From a virus (lineage: Duplodnaviria; Caudoviricetes), in IMG/VR virus record IMGVR_UViG_3300022602_000133, positions 1 to 54,135 of that record: a stretch of 54,135 bases of DNA; one strand, written 5' to 3'. A program made the translations under genes and the position numbers. The stretch's first letter is position 1. Every line of letters starts with the position of its first letter. Of the stretch, positions 29,201-39,800 are shown in pieces. The notes beneath the pieces are model-generated. The model ran no database searches and was not told the DNA's origin. It saw only the letters and a list, made by a program, of their open reading frames with translations.

Positions 29201-29307
29201 GTTGTTCCAGTAGAAGTAAAACTAACGATAGTTCGTTGTGCTGTAGATCCAGCTGGAATTGTTAAACTACTGGTATCGCTAACTGTGGTGTTTTTAAGAA
29301 TTGCCAT
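26212..29307 (-). CDS. Glycine-rich virion protein with C-terminal LamG domain
   Basis: Two Gly-rich domains; SFECW...WYHAIGVFD...LYING...IYNRPLTAQEVAQNFNA LamG signature. Confidence 0.8.
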   Translation of the reverse strand: MAILKNTTVSDTSSLTIPAGSTAQRTIVSFTSTGTTSWVAPAGVTKIKVLVVAGGGGGGFSFGGGGGAGGLIYNPAYTVTPGNSYTVTVGSGGAGGASGVAGSGGQNGGSNIGSGVSGGNSVFDTLTAIGGGGGGSDSGNPDNGANGGSGGGGSIDSNLNASGTANQGNSGGQGNRTYYTGGGGGGAGSAGSNSNVKEIAGTGGQGLLYAISGVPTWYAGGGGGGAGAQVHGWPGVGGAGGGGYGGGTSSPYGYNNTIGQPGTAGTGGGGGGGTQGYAGGAGGSGVVIINYSTETVEIFSKPGSTTWTAPTNVASVEVLVVAGGGGASNGDYATGGGGGGAGGVIYNSAYTVIPGNSYTVTVGAGGAGVTGQNTPGNNGGNSIFDSLTAIGGGRGGSYNGVSAAVGGSGGGGSYQVNSGAAGTSGQGFAGGTGGGVVRTGGGGGGAGGVGNNSTDTQAGQGGPGLLFSITGYATYYAGGGGGGAADWTDPPTLSGRKPGAGGVGGGGGGAQAISSTGNSAGGYNGSPGTGGGAGGNSNNVSSANAAAITSASGGSGVVIIRYNSLPGQGSTNRGLIRYNTTTSNFELYNGDKGWITQSASHEIVGKGLIAHWDAGHPRSKVFYPQKLLDDNVWDTGNNSIGTFNLNGTTSANQRLIGSDPWGRYNILWEARAQATNNGEGGWNSNTFTVDPAKPHRFTEWIRRTVIGTGTTYFGTNNVNNTSDLSANGNPYFYALGWPVQINQWFLWVAHCHPNSRQSGATNLHPQSGLYTVEGGPDYKMYGGQTDFVMSSSSINQRTYLYYTSDTSARQQFYRPRVDPLDGTEPSLSALLNDDPVDPYQWYDIKGFYHMVMVNNNITYDNQYKALVYNGSNSYTTTPITYNFDFHSGGSFECWYFLNSISSGQGFLSISPTPSYLNFYMNSNATMRWEVIGTTSSSYNDLNSTTVHVPGRWYHAIGVFDTNNTYLYINGVLESSQTNYTNSPFYITGYVTTGTYGGYLNGKLSICRIYNRPLTAQEVAQNFNAERGRHGI

Positions 29308-29312
29308 ATTGT

Positions 29313-30437
29313 TTATTTACTATTTGTCAAACTATCAATTTTTTCGTTTAGTGCTTTAATACTCTCAATTAGATACGCTGTTAGTTTAGTGTATTGAATT
29401 CCGTATGGTTTACCGTTTTTATCTAAACTTACTAGATCTGGAATAATTTTATAAACTTCTTCAGCAATCAAACCTGCTTCGTGTTGATGTGTATCTTTAC
29501 GATCATATGTTACACCAACAAGTTGCAATATTGCATTTAATCCGTCTGTAATCGGATTTACATTTTCTTTAAAAGCAATACTAGATGTTTCTACTAGAGT
29601 AGCTGTTGTAATTTGTCCTGTTACACCAATACCACCTGTTACTTGTAATGTACCTGTAGTAGTTGTTGTACTAGCTACGCCGCCGGTTAATGTTGTTATA
29701 CTGCTAGCTGTTAACGTTGTAAATGCGCCTGAACTTCTGGTACTTGCACCAATAGTCATATTATTAATAGCGCCAGTTGTAGTTGGGTTAATTGCTAACG
29801 AGCCGGCACCTGTAGGACTAATTGTAACGGCTCCAGATGAATTACCACCAATTGTAACTGTTCCAGATCCTGTTGGGCTAAAGTTAAGAACTTGGTTGGC
29901 TGTAGTAGCTGTCATGTTACCTTGATGTACTTCAGCTTGCCCTGCTGTTCCCAATGTTAACGATGATGCTGCTGGACTAATAGTGACAGATCCCGAAGCA
30001 CCTGATGGACTAATAGTAACGGATTGTCCTACGGGACTTAAAGTTACAATACTGTTTGCAACTAAAGAGCCGTTTGCTGTTAGTGTACCGCCAAATGTTC
30101 CAGTAGACCCAACTAAAGGTCCGCCTTCGTTACTCATTAAAATATAATCAGTACCGTCAGATGCAATCATAAAAAATGCTTGATTAGGAAAAGTCTGACT
30201 GGTAGCTGCTGTTAATCCAGTTCCTTTAATATTTCCACTTGGAGAACTTAGTGTAATTGTACCACCAGAATTGTTCCAAAAACTTTGAACAATTCCAGGA
30301 TAGTTTACCGGATTTGGTAATGTTACAGTACCAGCCGCTGTGGTAAAAGTTGTAACTAGACCAGATGACGGAGTAACGATTACTGTACCGTTACCTGAAG
30401 TCTGCGATGTTGTTGATACTGTATTATAACGTGCCAT
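29313..30437 (-). CDS. Fibre/spike protein with C-terminal intramolecular chaperone (peptidase S74-like)
   Basis: TSS.AFKENVNPI, GLIAEEV..I.P.LV, I.YTKLTAYLIESIK.L coiled-coil end. Confidence 0.85.
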   Translation of the reverse strand: MARYNTVSTTSQTSGNGTVIVTPSSGLVTTFTTAAGTVTLPNPVNYPGIVQSFWNNSGGTITLSSPSGNIKGTGLTAATSQTFPNQAFFMIASDGTDYILMSNEGGPLVGSTGTFGGTLTANGSLVANSIVTLSPVGQSVTISPSGASGSVTISPAASSLTLGTAGQAEVHQGNMTATTANQVLNFSPTGSGTVTIGGNSSGAVTISPTGAGSLAINPTTTGAINNMTIGASTRSSGAFTTLTASSITTLTGGVASTTTTTGTLQVTGGIGVTGQITTATLVETSSIAFKENVNPITDGLNAILQLVGVTYDRKDTHQHEAGLIAEEVYKIIPDLVSLDKNGKPYGIQYTKLTAYLIESIKALNEKIDSLTNSK

Positions 30438-30459
30438 ATTTTGATCTCTCTAATTCTTA

Positions 30460-30786
30460 TTAACTTGTTGATGTTTCAATACCGTAAACTGTACAGTTTA
30501 CGTTTGCAGTATTTGAATACACTACAATTTGTAGTCCTGAATTCAGTACTAATCCAGTACGTTCAAATACACCGTTAGCTACAATAGTAGTTTGATATTC
30601 AATGTATTCTTGAATGTTAGGTGTTGCACTAGATGCCATTGCAAGATTTATTTGAATAGCTGTTGAATTTCTATTTGTGATAGAAACGTTAACTACTGAA
30701 TAAATGTTACTTGGTACAGTATAAACTGTAGTAAGTGTTGTTGCTGGAATTAGTGATACGCCTAATCTTCCTGTGTTTGTTGCCAT
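30460..30786 (-). CDS. Small beta-rich virion protein (putative fibre adaptor)
   Basis: 108 aa; TTVYTVP, VSITNR, YIEY...I.ANGV.ERTGLVL, V..TVYGIE; GGAG RBS. Confidence 0.6.
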   Translation of the reverse strand: MATNTGRLGVSLIPATTLTTVYTVPSNIYSVVNVSITNRNSTAIQINLAMASSATPNIQEYIEYQTTIVANGVFERTGLVLNSGLQIVVYSNTANVNCTVYGIETSTS

Positions 30787-30803
30787 AATTTATTTCTCCG
30801 TTT

Positions 30804-33800
30804 TTATTTTTGCATGAAGTACATTACTGCTACTGGAGCACCATCGATGCCGCCTGTAAAGTTCATCTTTGCAGTTACATTTATCTGTACACCAGTTGTA
30901 GTAGATATTGTATTGTTAGCAATATATATCACCCCAGACGTTAGTGTATTTACGTTTAGTGAGCTTGCGCCTCCACCAATTTGTGCTGTAATATAACTCT
31001 TAATAGCCTTTTGAGTTGGTACAACACTATCGCTATTAGCTGTGAAGTATGGGTCTGTACTAAATTGTGTAATAGTTGCAGATCCTACGCCTAAACTAAC
31101 TGCACCAAGAGTCAAACTGTTCAAACCACTTAGGTTAAACGCACTAGCGTTCAATGTAGCTGTACCAGTTGCCTGTTGAACTCCGAACAAGTTACCTACG
31201 TTAAAGTTACCGTCTTGGTCTGTACTTGTAAAGAATACACGACCGCCACCTGAACTATTTGTTTGGTTAGCTTGAATAGCATTATTTGGATTAACGTAAG
31301 GGTAATTTGTTGATGCAAAATTGCCAGTACCAATATACAAGAAGTCATGTCCAGTTAAACGAACTTGACTGTATTTCAATCTTGTAGTGATTAAATCGCC
31401 GTTTGCTGGAGCATTATATACTGATAAACTTGGATTAATTTGGAAAGTAGCTGTTTGATTTCCTGCTGTTCCTAACAAGTTTGTAACTGCAACCAGTTTA
31501 TACCACACACCTGAAATGCTATTGAATTGTACGTTAGCTCCTGGTGTAGGTGCAGCAAATAATCCAGATACATTAATAAAGTTGCTCGGTTGATAGATAT
31601 CACAGAATCCGTCACCGTTAGTTGATGTAGAAGCTGTAGTATTCAATGTACCTCTATTACTAAAACTTGGATTTGCTAATATACCAATACTTGTTCTTAC
31701 TCTAGTAGCTGCTGTCTTAACTTTGTTAGGATCAGTTTGAGTAGCAATTGGTCCGCAAGAGAATGTGCCACCAGTTACTGTGCCAGCTGTTAATGTTAAT
31801 GCTGCACCGCCGCTGGTTGTACTAATACTAAAACTGTTAGAGCCTGGAGTTACTACATAGTATGTAACATTATTAGTTAAACCAATTGCGCTACAATTTT
31901 GGAACTCAATAGGTTGATTAGCCAACATTGTTGCTCCACTAGCGGTAGCTACTGTAATAGTTGTACCGCTTGCAGATGTCACTGATCCTTTAGCAAAACC
32001 AGATCCTGGTTCAATCATACGAATTTCAGTTACTACACCTGATGCAACTTTCATACGTCCTGCTGGTGTTGCACCAAAGCGTACATCGTAGGCTGCATTG
32101 CTTGCCGCTGCACTTCCCATAATTGCCCATACTGGTGTTGAATTTGGATTACCAAATGAATGTCCAATAACACCTGCGCTAGCTCCTGAGTTCAAAGACT
32201 GTTGAGTCCATGTAACGCCATCTGGGCTTGTTGCTGCAGGTACACCGTTAGTGATTGCTAGGAATACACCTTGTCCGTAACGTATTCTTGTCCATGTGTA
32301 ACTAGAACTTAATACACTATTTGCTGTGCCAGTACTAGTTGGACATTGAATCCATGTAACTCCAAGATTTAAACTGTAAGCTATGCTTCCGCTTTGTGAC
32401 ATTGCCACAAAACGTCCGTTACCATAAGCTACACTAATCCAGTTGCCAGTTGCTGGTAAATTACCACCTGCTGTCCACGAGCTACCTGCTGAAGTAGAAT
32501 AAGCTGTTGATGAACTGTTAGTTGTACATACAGCTACAAATGTTCCATTACCGTATGCAACTGATGAATATACACCTGTTGGAGTTGGCATTGTCACACC
32601 ACTCCATGTTATACCAGCATTTGAAGTTCTAGCGCAACTATTTGTTCCGCTTCCGCCTACTGCTACAATATAACCAGAACCATAAGCTAATGATGTGTAT
32701 CCAGAGCCGCCAATAGCTGGTAATGTTCCGCCATTGCTCCAAGCAGATGATACAGAAGAACTTGCTAACAGATAAGTTGATGTTGTTCCTGATGATATTG
32801 CAACAAAGCCTGCTGCAGGATCTGTAATAGTTAATGTCGGTGTTGCTGTATAACCAGCACCACTGTTGCTAACGCTGATAGTACTTACACCGCCATTAGT
32901 CAATGATGCTGCACCAATTGCGGTAGTACCTGCATAAGACAAGTTAACACCATAAGATCCTGAGCTACCAGTTCCTGAAGTAAATGTAGGACTATTTGAA
33001 TTAAATGTACCACTACTTGTAGCCAAGTACCAATTTTTTACGTTAGGAATTGGAACTGTGTTAATATAATAATAATAGTTTCCTGAGGTTGCTGTTCCGC
33101 TAGCTGTCCATGCTGTTCCAGTAAATGGATCACCAAATGTAATTGACGGAACTGTTGAATAATTTTTACCCCATGTAGTCATTGCAACACCAGTAACGCG
33201 ATCAGTAGCCGCGGTAACTGTTGGCGCTGCACTATAACCTGAACCCGGTGTAGTAATAGTAACTGATGCAATCGCACCGTTTAGAACGGTACAAGTAGCA
33301 ACAGCACCAGATCCAGTTCCAGTGAATACAATAACTGGAGGAGTAGTATAACCATAACCACCACTTACCACTGTAACACTTGCAACTTGGTCTGCTAAAG
33401 CTGCACCAGTTGTATTATAAACACCTAATGTAGCTGTTAGTACAGCACCATAACCACCAAGGCCGCCTACTGTAACTACTGCAACTGTACTGTCTCCACC
33501 ACCGTAGATAACATCATTGTAAGTAGTGTTAGTTGCTAGTGTACCAGCTGTTGTCCATGTTATGGCGTCATTGCTATAAGCAGTATTTGTACCGTTAGTA
33601 GTAATTGCTACAAAACGTCCGTAACCATAAGCTGAATAGCCCCATGTTGTACTTGATGGCAATGTTCTTGCCGCACTTGCAAAACCTGGACCACTATAAC
33701 TAATTAACGGTTCAATGATATAAGTTGTAGTTAAATCTAGTGTATTTGTAATAGCACTGCCTGGAATAACATGATCCCAACCAGCTGCATACAAACTTAC

Positions 33801-36800
33801 CGACTGTCCTGTTGTAGTACTAATTGCTGTTGAAAGAGCTGTTCCGCCACTTGTTGTTGATACTGTAAATGTTGTAGAATTAATTTGATTCTGAACATAG
33901 TACATTGTAGGAGAAGCAGATAATCCACCAACTGCTGTGCCAAGATAAATTGGCATAGTATTATATAGTGTTGCTGTACTAGATACTGTTAAAACTCCAT
34001 ATACTGTAGCTGTATTAGTTGAACCAGTTCCTACCGCAAATGTTGCGCCACCTGGAGTCTGACTAATAGTTATAGTACTAGTAGTAGCTGTTAACACATA
34101 GTAAGTTGCTGTTGTTAAAATATTTCCAGTTGCTGATGCAAATGTTACAGGTTGTCCAACACTTGGTGCTGTTGTAACGCCACTTAAGGTTATATTATTA
34201 CCCGAAGTAGATGTTACAGACATTGTTTGTCCAAATGTTGTAGCAGTAACAGTCAATGTTGCAAAACTATTTTTAATAATTGCTGCTGATTTACTACCGT
34301 TACTATAAGAAAGAATATTTCCATATTGACCAACACCGGTACCTGCTGTAAGTTGCATACGCATACCTGGATAGCCAGTTGATAGTGTTACGTCAGTAGC
34401 AGCTACAGTAATATTACCTGTTGTACCACCTTGGCTAGCATTGGCAAACGTAACATAATTAGTTCCGCCATAACCGTTACCGTCATTTAAATCAATAAGA
34501 CGAGTTTCAAATACACCGCCATCTCTGAATTCATCAGCGGTTGCCGCGGCATTAATACCTGAACCATTGATACTAAATTGAGTATTAGTATAGTTTTGGC
34601 CTGCATTAGAGTATTCTAATCTTAAAATTTGATTAGTACCGTCAGTAATAGTTTGTGATATTAACGCCTGGTTATATCTGTTATTCAAGTTAGCATACAA
34701 TGGTGTTTCATAACTGTCAACACCTTCTGCAATAACACCATATGTACCATATGAGCTGTTACCGTTAGTAGCACGAATACGTCCGCCTAACTCTGCTAAG
34801 TATCCGCTATAACCATAGTAGTTAAACACAGAAACAAGTTCTGTTAAGGCGTTTGAACCAGTACACCATACACCGATACCATCACTGATAACAGTTGTAT
34901 AATCGTTAGCAACAATACTTCTATTTCCGCCGGCATGTATTGCACCATCAATCTTCATACCAGTACATGCTGTACCAAACATAGTACAGTTTTGTGCGTA
35001 GCATGAGCGGCCAATAATCCACTTGTCGCTGTCGTTTGGACCAAAACCTGGATCTAAACTTGAGTATGCACCAGCTGTTGGACGTTTAGTACCGTAAATA
35101 TTTGCATTAGTCAATACTCCACTTAGACCATTCATGGTCATGTTTCTTAAACCAGTGGAGTCTCTTACCAAAAACATGTTACTTAACTGACTACCGTTAA
35201 CTGAGTTCAATAATACTTGAGCATTTCTTAAACTTTGATAGTTTCCAGTAAATTGTAAATCATAAACAATAGCATTTAAGAAATATGTAGTATCGCTGAT
35301 TGCTTGGGTTGTATTATAATAATAAGATACAGTCAATCCTGGGTTAGACACATAGGTAAATGTTAATCCACCAAATCCTGTGCCAGCTACGATTGTTAAT
35401 GCACTTGTGCCTGCAATAGCGTTTGCATAAGATGTATATAACGATCCACCAGTAGCTGTAATAGTTCCACCAATATAATATACTGTGCCAGATGTTGGTA
35501 CAGAACCACCAATAGTGCCGTTACCCGTTGATGTTCCACTAATAGTAACAGTTGTTCCAGCTGGCAATGCTGTTCCTGTTGTTGACCATGTTGCGGCTGT
35601 ACTTGAACCAGTAAATGAACTCAATGTACCGGTTGATAACGATGTTAAAGAAACAGCAGTATATGTTGCACCAGTGTTGGTATTCAAATAACCTTCACCA
35701 GTTCCGATAGTAAATGTAGTTGGACTTGGAACACTTAGAACATAATATGTAGTAGCAAGTGCAATTCCGCCGGCTGTTGTTCCTGTAAATTGAATAGGAT
35801 CATTTACTGATAAATTATGATTTGCCGCTGTAGTAATTGTACCATTGTTAATATTTGTTACAGACCCGGTATATGTTGCATTATAATATGCTACAACTTC
35901 AGCTGCTAAGAATGGTATGTTAGCACGTAATTGTTCTGCACCTTTAATAATTCCAAGTGTGTTATTATAAGTTACAGTTCCATTAATTTCTGGAACAGTT
36001 TGACTTGATCCAATATCTAACATGTTAATTATCAAATAAGCAGATGTTTGTGCTTTAGATAGTACTGTTGAATAAGTTGTACTTGCTAGGGTTGTATTGA
36101 TTAATGTTACCAAATATTTTAAAGTGGCAACAGTTGCAATTTTTTCATAGCCTAAAACTTGATAATCTTGTGTTCTATTATAAGCACGGCCTGCTTGTAC
36201 AGCTGCATAATTAGAACCCAACATCATATCAAGCATACTAGCTAGTGTAACTACCGCTGTATCTCTTTGAGCGTATGTTGTATTATAAGTTAAAGCTGCA
36301 TAGTTTGTACTCAAATATGTTACAATCAATGATTGGTAGGTTGCTACTGATGCAGATACAGTTGTATATGCGTTTAATGCTGTAGTACTTACCCAACCTA
36401 AATATGGCATATTAATTGTTTGTACAGCAATTGACAATCCAGTACCGTTTGTAAACGAACTAATAGCTGTTCCATTATAACTTGCAGATAATTGGAATTG
36501 TGTTGTAGTTAATCCTGAACTTAATACATAGTAGAAAGGACTTGATCCAACAATATTAGAGGTTAATCCATTACTTGTAGTTTGAGGAATAACAATGTCA
36601 CCTGCACTTAAACCATGCGTAGCACTACCAACAGTAACTGCACCGTTACTAATTGCTGTTGAACCGCCAGTGAATGTTATTGCAACACCCAAATATGCAT
36701 TTGTTAAACTGGTTGCTAAAGTTACTGTGGTTGATCCTGAAATTGTTGCGGCAACATAATATGTTGTATTTGCTGCCAATCCGCTTGTTGTTGTTACTGA

Positions 36801-39800
36801 TGCACCAGTTGTAATTGGTGTACCTTGTACATAACTTGCACTTGTAATTGTTACCGCTGTTCCGTTAGTGTTAGTAATTGTATTTGAACCTGCACCAACT
36901 GTGAATGTTGTTCCAGAAGCAATAGTTGTGATAGTAGTAATTGGAGCACCGTTAGTTAAACCGTTTCCTACAAAACCAAGTACCCATGTTAGTAGAGTAT
37001 TGATACGTCCAGCATCTCTTGACGAACCAACTGAACTTGCAGCTGTAGGCAACACTTGTGCCACTGTCGCTTGTAATGGGCTTGCTACAGTTGTTCCAAC
37101 GACTACTTGTTGAGCTAATGTGCTAACATAGTTTATAGCATTTAAAAATGCTGTGGTAAAACCTGTTGTAATCTGAGTTCCGTATAACGCTGAGTAGTAT
37201 GCCATACCAGCGTTTTGGCTTGCCCAGTTGCCGCCATAAGTCATATCATAATGCACAGCATCTAGAATATAACTCATGTCACGTTGTGTCTTGGAAGCCG
37301 AATAATTAGGATTTGTAGTGATCGAACTGTAGTTAGCATTGATATAAGCAATAACTTCAGCTAGCAAGAATGGTCTGTTAGCTTCTAATAATCCAACAGT
37401 AGCTGGAGCATCTGAATATGTAACAGCAACTACACCACCGGTACTCACTTGAGTAACGTTAATAACAAAGTCGTTAGTAGTAGTTGTTCCACCAACACTA
37501 GTACCTAAAATTCTTATTTTGCTACTTGTGGTGTAACCTGTACCTGGTGTGGTAACAGTGAATCCATATGTATACCATCCATTACCGTTAGTTGTTCTAG
37601 TAACAGTAAATGCTGCTGTACCGTCACCGCCGCCTGTTACTGAAGAACCAGTAACGTTAGTGTAAGTAGCTGCTGGTAAACCTTGTTGTGGCCATGTAAT
37701 TACTCTTGGTGCTACAGTTGGAGATCCGCCTGCTGTATATGCAATAATATCGTTGATATTTTCTTGAATTTGTACTACAGCACCGCTAGTAGCAATTTGT
37801 TTAACTTTATAGTATAAGAAATTAATTGCGCCTAATGTTGGGGCTAATTCAGCTCCTGAACGAAGAGTTATATCACTAGTATTGGCACGGTTAAATGCAC
37901 GACCTGCTTGAATAGCATTAAAGTTACTACCAAACACCATATCGTAGGCAAGTCCATTAGTGATTAATGTTGCGTCACGTGTAGTTAATAATGTACTTAA
38001 CGGAACAGATTGATAATATTTTTGCACCCATACAGTAGCATCAGATGCAATGTTACTAGTCAATCCTGTAACAGCTGAGTAAGCTGTTTGTAAATCACTG
38101 CTTGCCCAACCGGTATAAGGATTTACTGTAGCATCTGCTCCAGAATTGTTAATCCAGTTAATAACGTTTTGAATACGATCTTGTGCAAAACCGCCAGCTG
38201 CTGCACTACCTGCGGTACCTGTTTGCACTTGTGCAATATTATTTCCTGACAAATAACTAACAGCTTGCTTTTGTACTACTTGAGTAATAATGGTTTTTAA
38301 TCTGTTTAATGCTAATACAAATGGTGCTTTTTCACTTGCTAAAATTTGTAAAGCATATAATGAATAATAACTACTACCAGCTGTAAGACTTTGTGTATTA
38401 CCACCGTAAATTAAATCATAACAAACAGAATCTAAAATATATGCAATATCTCTGTAGCCTTTTGTTGGACCAGCTGTGCCATCTGCTAACCAAACAGAGT
38501 TATAGTTGTTAATCAAATACTGTAATGTATCTGCAACAAGGAATGCATAGTTATTTTGAATCTGTGTAACAGCATAGCCGTAACCAGTTGTATCTCCGGT
38601 TGAGTTACTACCTGTTGTAGTAGCATACGCTACGTTTGTTAATGAAGATGTATTAAATCCAGTTGGCTGTGGCATAACTGGAGGAGGTGCACTTCCTAAA
38701 CCGTTAGCAACTAAATTATATAGAATATCGTAACTTGATTTTAAGTTTGATACCGCTGTAGAACTACCTGTGCTTCCAGTAGGTAAATTAGTGTTCTGAC
38801 CGCTTACGATAGGAGTACCAGAACTAGATGCTGTAGTTGCATTAGTGTAACTTACCGAACTTGCTGTTGATGCGGTTACACGATAACTTCCGTTATAACC
38901 CGATGCTGAACTAGTAAATCCGTTGACAGTAATATATTGACCTACTGTGAATGGGGTTGTTGTTTGGGTAACAAACGATAATGTAACTGTTCCGGATGAT
39001 GTTGTTACACCAGTTACAGACAAGTATTGACTGTTGCCAGTAGTTGGTGTAATTACTGTATTTGAAACTATGTTAGGAATTAATCCTGAAATTCTTGTAA
39101 GAGCAGCTTGTGCTTTTGGAATAACAGTTGCTAATGCCTTGTTTGCTACTTTTGGTTGTACAACTGTAGAACGTAACTCATCACCAACAATAGCTGTATA
39201 AGAAGGAACAGATATTGGAAGAATTTCATTATAAGTTCCAGTTTTTACATTTATAGTTGTACTTGGAGTAATAGATACTGGAACGCCATTTGCTGTGCCT
39301 GCGGTTAACGCAGTAGTAAGGATAGCTACTAAATTTTGAACATACGTTGGTGCTGTTGATTCAGCTGTTAACGTTGTATCTATAATTTGTACAGCAGTTG
39401 GACTTGCACTATTCAAAGATTGATAGTTGTTAGTTGGTGCTGTATTGGCTAACACATTACCAACTAATGTTACAAGATAATTCAAACTTGCATTGAATGG
39501 TATTACATCATATGCATTTACACCTGTTGCAAAAGTTGCACCACCAGTTACAAAATATGCTTTTGTAGCTGCAGTAGTTTTAACAGTTCCGCCATGTGTT
39601 AAATCGTACACAATAGCATCATATACTATGCCAGCATCGCGCTCTGTTTTAGAACCACTGTACACATAACTTCCAGAGTTAGTAGTACCAACTCCATTTA
39701 ACGCAAAAATTGATCCTGCAACACCATTAGATATTGTTGCACTGATTGTAAAGTGTGTGCTATCTACGACAGTTTTAACATAATATGTTGTGCCAACTGT

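Noticed and set aside
20223-29307. CCG/CCA-rich runs as microsatellites, CRISPR repeats, collagen or PE-PGRS genes
   Set aside because: They are poly-Gly codons within domains; no repeat-spacer periodicity, no sustained Gly-X-Y register, no PE domain
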